This document shows, in pieces, positions 47,283 through 51,265 of a DNA stretch of 51,265 nucleotides. The notes under the pieces were generated by a model that was given only the letters and a program-made list of their open reading frames with translations, was not told where the DNA came from and made no database searches. This DNA is from Octopus sinensis (taxonomy: Eukaryota): the NCBI RefSeq assembly GCF_006345805.1, contig NW_021835119.1, positions 1-51,265 of the forward strand, read 5' to 3'. Every line of letters begins with the position of its first letter. The first letter of the stretch is position 1. The position numbers and the translations under genes were made by a program.

Positions 47283-48425
47283 GTAACAGTTATAACGGTT
47301 CTTCTTATTTTTCACCGGGGGAAGGTTGAAGGGACAATACATGGTTTACAATAACACAAAGAAGGGAAACACACATAGTATACAACAGCAAAAAGCAGAG
47401 GGAAAAGGGATGATAGTGATGTGGTCCTCCTGAAGTGAGTAACCGAGTAACCCCAATCATTTTCTTTTCTCCGACTCACAGGTTTACACTTAGAGTGTTA
47501 TCATCTACTCTTGCCATTTTTGCAACATCCACCCGCCTTTCAATAAATTCACTCGAACACAGCACCTCCCTCTCCACCCTCATGTTCTTTTTCAAGGGCA
47601 ACTTGAAAAATTCGATGAGGGCTCTACTAAAGATAAATGTCCTCATTCCTCATTCCTTCCAGCCTCGTCCACTTGGCAACCTTTTTTGCCACAGCCACCA
47701 GGCAAAGGAAAACTGCCTTGCCAGCCCGATTAAAGGATATCAGTGGGGTAATTTTCACTAAGAACTCGGCCGATAAACTGATCCGCCCTACACAGACAGC
47801 GGCTATTCGACATAACTCCACAAGTTAGCAATACCCGGACATTGAACGAGTGCGTGCAGAACAGTTTCGTCGCTTTGCGCGCACCTCGGGTGAGCCTGTC
47901 TGACAGCACATCCGTATCTGTAGCGGATGTGCTGGCAGAAACGTTAGCACGCCGGGCGAAATACGTAGCCGTATTTCATCTGCCGTTACGTTCTGAGTTC
48001 AAATTCCGCCGAGGTCGACTTTGCCTTTCATCCTTTCGGGGTCGATAAATTAAGTACCAGTTACGCACTGGGGTCGATGTAATCGACTTAATCCCTTTGT
48101 CTGTCCTTGTTTGTCCCCTCTGTGTTTAGCCCCTTGTGGGTAGTAAAGAAATAGGTACGGATGTGCTGTCTCGAACAGGTCAGACCCTTCAGTAGTACTG
48201 CCAGGCCAAGGGCATCTGGAAGTTATCCATTGTAGTCCCCGACCAGAATGTCCTCCGGAACAGACTAGCCAGCTCCCTTTCGTCGATACCCAGCTTCCCC
48301 TTACCCCATTTCTGGATAAGACTGGTCAATCTCTTCGTTACCTCGTCTCGGTTCTTATCCTGCTGGAGGGCGTAACTGAACATGACCCCGAGCAGTTTTA
48401 ACTTGTGTCCGACAGCCGTTCGACG
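47283..48425 (-). mobile_element. Tx1/L1-clade LINE 3' portion (internally deleted, interrupted by SINE A)
   Basis: KLLGVMF...; MDNFQMPLAWQYY; PVRD [SINE] LYRYGCAVRQAHPRCAQSDETVLHALVQCPGIANLWSYVE (CCHC knuckle); C-terminus and 3' UTR. Confidence 0.82.
47931..48157 (+). mobile_element. SINE family A with an 11-bp TSD
   Basis: cggatgtgctg at 47924-34 and 48158-68. Confidence 0.92.
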
Positions 48426-48494
48426 GCTAATAATAATAAGAAGAAAAAAAACAACAGCTTAACCTGATCAACACTAAGACTGCTGCCATCTCCA

Positions 48495-48638
48495 TCATTA
48501 TTACTGTCATCATCATCATCTTCATCACAATCATCATCGTCATCATCATCATCGTCATCCTCATCATCATCATCGTCATCATCATCATCGTCATCATCAT
48601 CATCATCGTCATCATCATTATCGTCATCATCATCGTCG

Positions 48639-48690
<52 letters not shown>

Positions 48691-48805
48691 TGCCATCATC
48701 GTCGTCGTCGTCGTCATCATCGATTAACGTCCACACCACCACCATCATCATCCTCATCGTCGTCATCATCACCATAACCATCATCATCATCATCATCATC
48801 ATCAC
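48495..48805. repeat. Degenerate (CAT/CGT)n microsatellite
   Basis: Direct observation; source of the poly-D and poly-M ORFs. Confidence 0.95.
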
Positions 48806-48967
48806 TTTATTTTTTTTATTTATTCCAATTAAGATTTGTAACCAGTGGTTTGTATAATAATTGGGTTGCTGTAGTGAAGCGACTGAAAATTCCATTAAAT
48901 CGCCATCTGCTCTTCAACACTTCAACTTTCTTCAACCTTTCTTACGAGTGCGAGGGAGAGAGAGAAA

Positions 48968-49019
<52 letters not shown>

Positions 49020-49340
49020 CAGGGACAGACAGAGTGTGTTTGTATGTGTGCATGAAAGAGGGTGACTATGTGCTTGTGTGTGTCTGTGTGTGAAACAACT
49101 CTGTACAGCAAGTTTTCGTCTATTCTTTCAATATTTTCAGTCATTGGTGTACGGCCATGCTGGTGCATCTCCTTCAATTGATTTCTAGTCACTTAAATCA
49201 ACCTCAATGTTTTGTGTTTTTTTTTTTATCTTTTATGGATGTCGAAGGATGAAAAAAAAAAGAAAAGCAAATTATTTAGGAGGAAAAAAATCTGATAGGA
49301 AGGACTAAATACTTGTGCCTTTGTTTGATAGCACGAAGAA

Positions 49341-49700
49341 TGGCGAAAATATACGAATAAAAGCGGGAAGCTGTAAAGAATGACGGAAAGATACGAAGAA
49401 TGACGGAAAGATACGAAGGATGGCGAAGAGATACGAATAAAAGCGGGAAGCTGTAAAGAATGACGGAAAGATACGAAGAATGACGGAAAGATACGAAGGA
49501 AGGCGAAGAGATACGAATAAAAGCGGGAAGCTGTAAAGAATGACGAAAAGATACGAAGAATGACGGAAAGATACGAAGGAAGGCGAAGAGATACGAATAA
49601 AAGCGGGAAGCTGTAAAGAATGACGGAAAGATACGAAGAATGACGGAAAGATACGAAGGACGGCGAAGAGATACAGAGAATGACAGAAAATACGAAGGCG
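49341..49700. repeat. Minisatellite with an 80-bp higher-order unit made of four 20-bp monomers
   Basis: Monomers tggcgaagagatacgaataa / aagcgggaagctgtaaagaa / tgacggaaagatacgaagaa / tgacggaaagatacgaagga repeat in fixed order: 4 full units (49341-49660) plus a partial. Confidence 0.95.
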
Positions 49701-50206
49701 GAAAGATGCGAACAATGGGTGGGGTACGAACAGCACCGAATTTATGATTGTGTTTAGGTGTGCTTAAGTATAGGGCTCAGTTGACCGGGTTGGTGGGGTC
49801 CCATCTTTCTGCCCCACCGAATATTTTACGGGGATTTTCCCGAGCATGCATGCCTGACAGTCCAAGTACGGGTTCTCATGTCTTAACTAGTACAGGGCCT
49901 CATTTGTCCTAAATCCGGCTCTGGGTACGAAGAATGCCGAAAAGAATTAAAAAAATTCCTCATCCATGATCTTCATCGTGGCTATCATCAGCCTTGATAA
50001 TAGCAATGGTTAGGATGAAGGATTACAACTAAATGGACACATCTATATTGAAAAGGAGCTTTAACTATTGACCATTGTTCGGTAATATAACATTTGTCTC
50101 CTTCTAGGATCCTCAAATACTGGTGTACTCGCAGCGGAGCCCATTTCCGTGCGAGAGTGACCAAAACCGATTTCTTTCGGGGATAAAACAAACAAGTTTT
50201 ATCTTA

Positions 50207-50256
50207 CCAAAGCCTTGGAGTGGATTTGGTAGACGGAAGCTGAAAGAACCCGTGGT
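50207..50256 (+). mobile_element. SINE family D internal fragment
   Basis: accaaagccttggagtggatttggtagacggaagctgaaagaacccgtgg. Confidence 0.8.
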
Positions 50257-50301
50257 ATATATATGTGTTATATATATATATATATATATATTATATAATA
50301 T

Positions 50302-50335
<34 letters not shown>

Positions 50336-50377
50336 CAGATTTTCTCCATTGTCCTCGTATTGACTAAGATATAAATC

Positions 50378-50522
50378 GTCGATAAATTAAGGACCAGTTA
50401 CGCACTGCTGGGTCGATATAATCGACTTAATCCGTTTGTCTGTCCTTGTTTGTCCTGTCTGTGTTAGAAATGTGTGTGTATGTAAAGAAATAAGTTTCTC
50501 GTCTGCCGCTACGTTCTGAGTT
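50378..50522 (+). mobile_element. Rearranged SINE family A fragments (3' half followed by an internal segment)
   Basis: gtcgataaattaagg...taaagaaataag, then tttctcgtctgccgctacgttctgagttc. Confidence 0.8.
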
Positions 50523-50669
50523 CACACACACACACACACATTAATATAACTCATTGCTGTTTAACAAAACAACGAATGCTGATTCTGAGATCGACAGTGA
50601 TAAAGTTACTTGATTAGGACAATGCCATCCAATACATAGTCTCTGCGACCACCACTGGCTCTATCTGTT

Positions 50670-50699
50670 TGTTTGTGCGCCTGTCTGTTTCTCTCTCTT

Positions 50700-50739
<40 letters not shown>

Positions 50740-51020
50740 TCTCTGGCATTCTTTCTCTCTCTGTATCTATATGTATGTGCACACACACAAACACACACAT
50801 ATATATACAAATACGCAAATATACATAATACATATATATAATGTATGTATGCGTATATCTATCTATCTATATATATAGACACACATACATATATACATAT
50901 ACCTGTGTATATATATATGTGTGTGTGTATGTGTATATATATGTATACCCATATATATGTATATATGTATATATATATATATATAAATGTGAACACGCGG
51001 ACACACACACACACACATAT
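50670..51020. repeat. (CT)n/(CA)n/(TA)n low-complexity tract
   Basis: Direct observation. Confidence 0.9.
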
Positions 51021-51265
51021 GAAATCAGAGCACCTATAGCGAATTAGTGACATACCAATTAGGTTCAATCACTAAGTACTTACTCGCTATAATGATATAT
51101 TACTGGTATATAACTGGTATTTTCGTCTCTAAGTCAGATAATAGATTGATGGGCAAGTAGTAAGTGATTGATCGATTCTCTCTCCAGCTGTTTCGTTGAT
51201 GATCGGAAATTGAACATCAATCCTCTTCCTCTTCTCATTCCTTTCCTTTCCTTTCCTTTCCTTTC

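Noticed and set aside
49305-49736. 143-aa minus-strand ORF, and a CRISPR-like reading of the array
   Set aside because: The ORF is the stop-free pyrimidine strand of the minisatellite. The array has no unique spacers or cas genes, and the context is eukaryotic.
463-51068. The many 60-230 aa ORFs rich in YI/CV/HT/poly-S/poly-D/poly-W in the ORF track
   Set aside because: They are translations of di- and trinucleotide microsatellites that lack stop codons by composition.

Overview
AT-rich eukaryotic non-coding DNA (intergenic or large-intron character), saturated with microsatellites. No host protein-coding gene, rRNA, intact tRNA or CRISPR array can be supported; nearly all six-frame ORFs are microsatellite artefacts. 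The repeat landscape suggests an octopus or other cephalopod genome (inference). The window is a transposable-element graveyard. It holds several tRNA-derived SINE families (labelled A, C, D, E, F, G here for convenience) and decayed non-LTR retrotransposons of R4/Dong-, HERO-, RTE-, Tx1/L1-, CR1/L2- and Penelope-like type. It also holds four mariner relics, a Tc1, a near full-length dead Chapaev3-like (CMC) transposase and non-autonomous Helitrons. The most interesting observations are: a fully formed type I hammerhead ribozyme fold (41493-41565, minus) plus further hammerhead-like motifs; two SINE/partner-LINE shared 3' tails visible in situ; a Tc1<-RTE<-SINE nested stack; an 80-bp higher-order minisatellite; a ~130-bp spacerless palindrome; and a few unexplained non-repetitive islands. 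All alignments and translations were done by eye, and element boundaries are approximate unless TIRs or TSDs are quoted.
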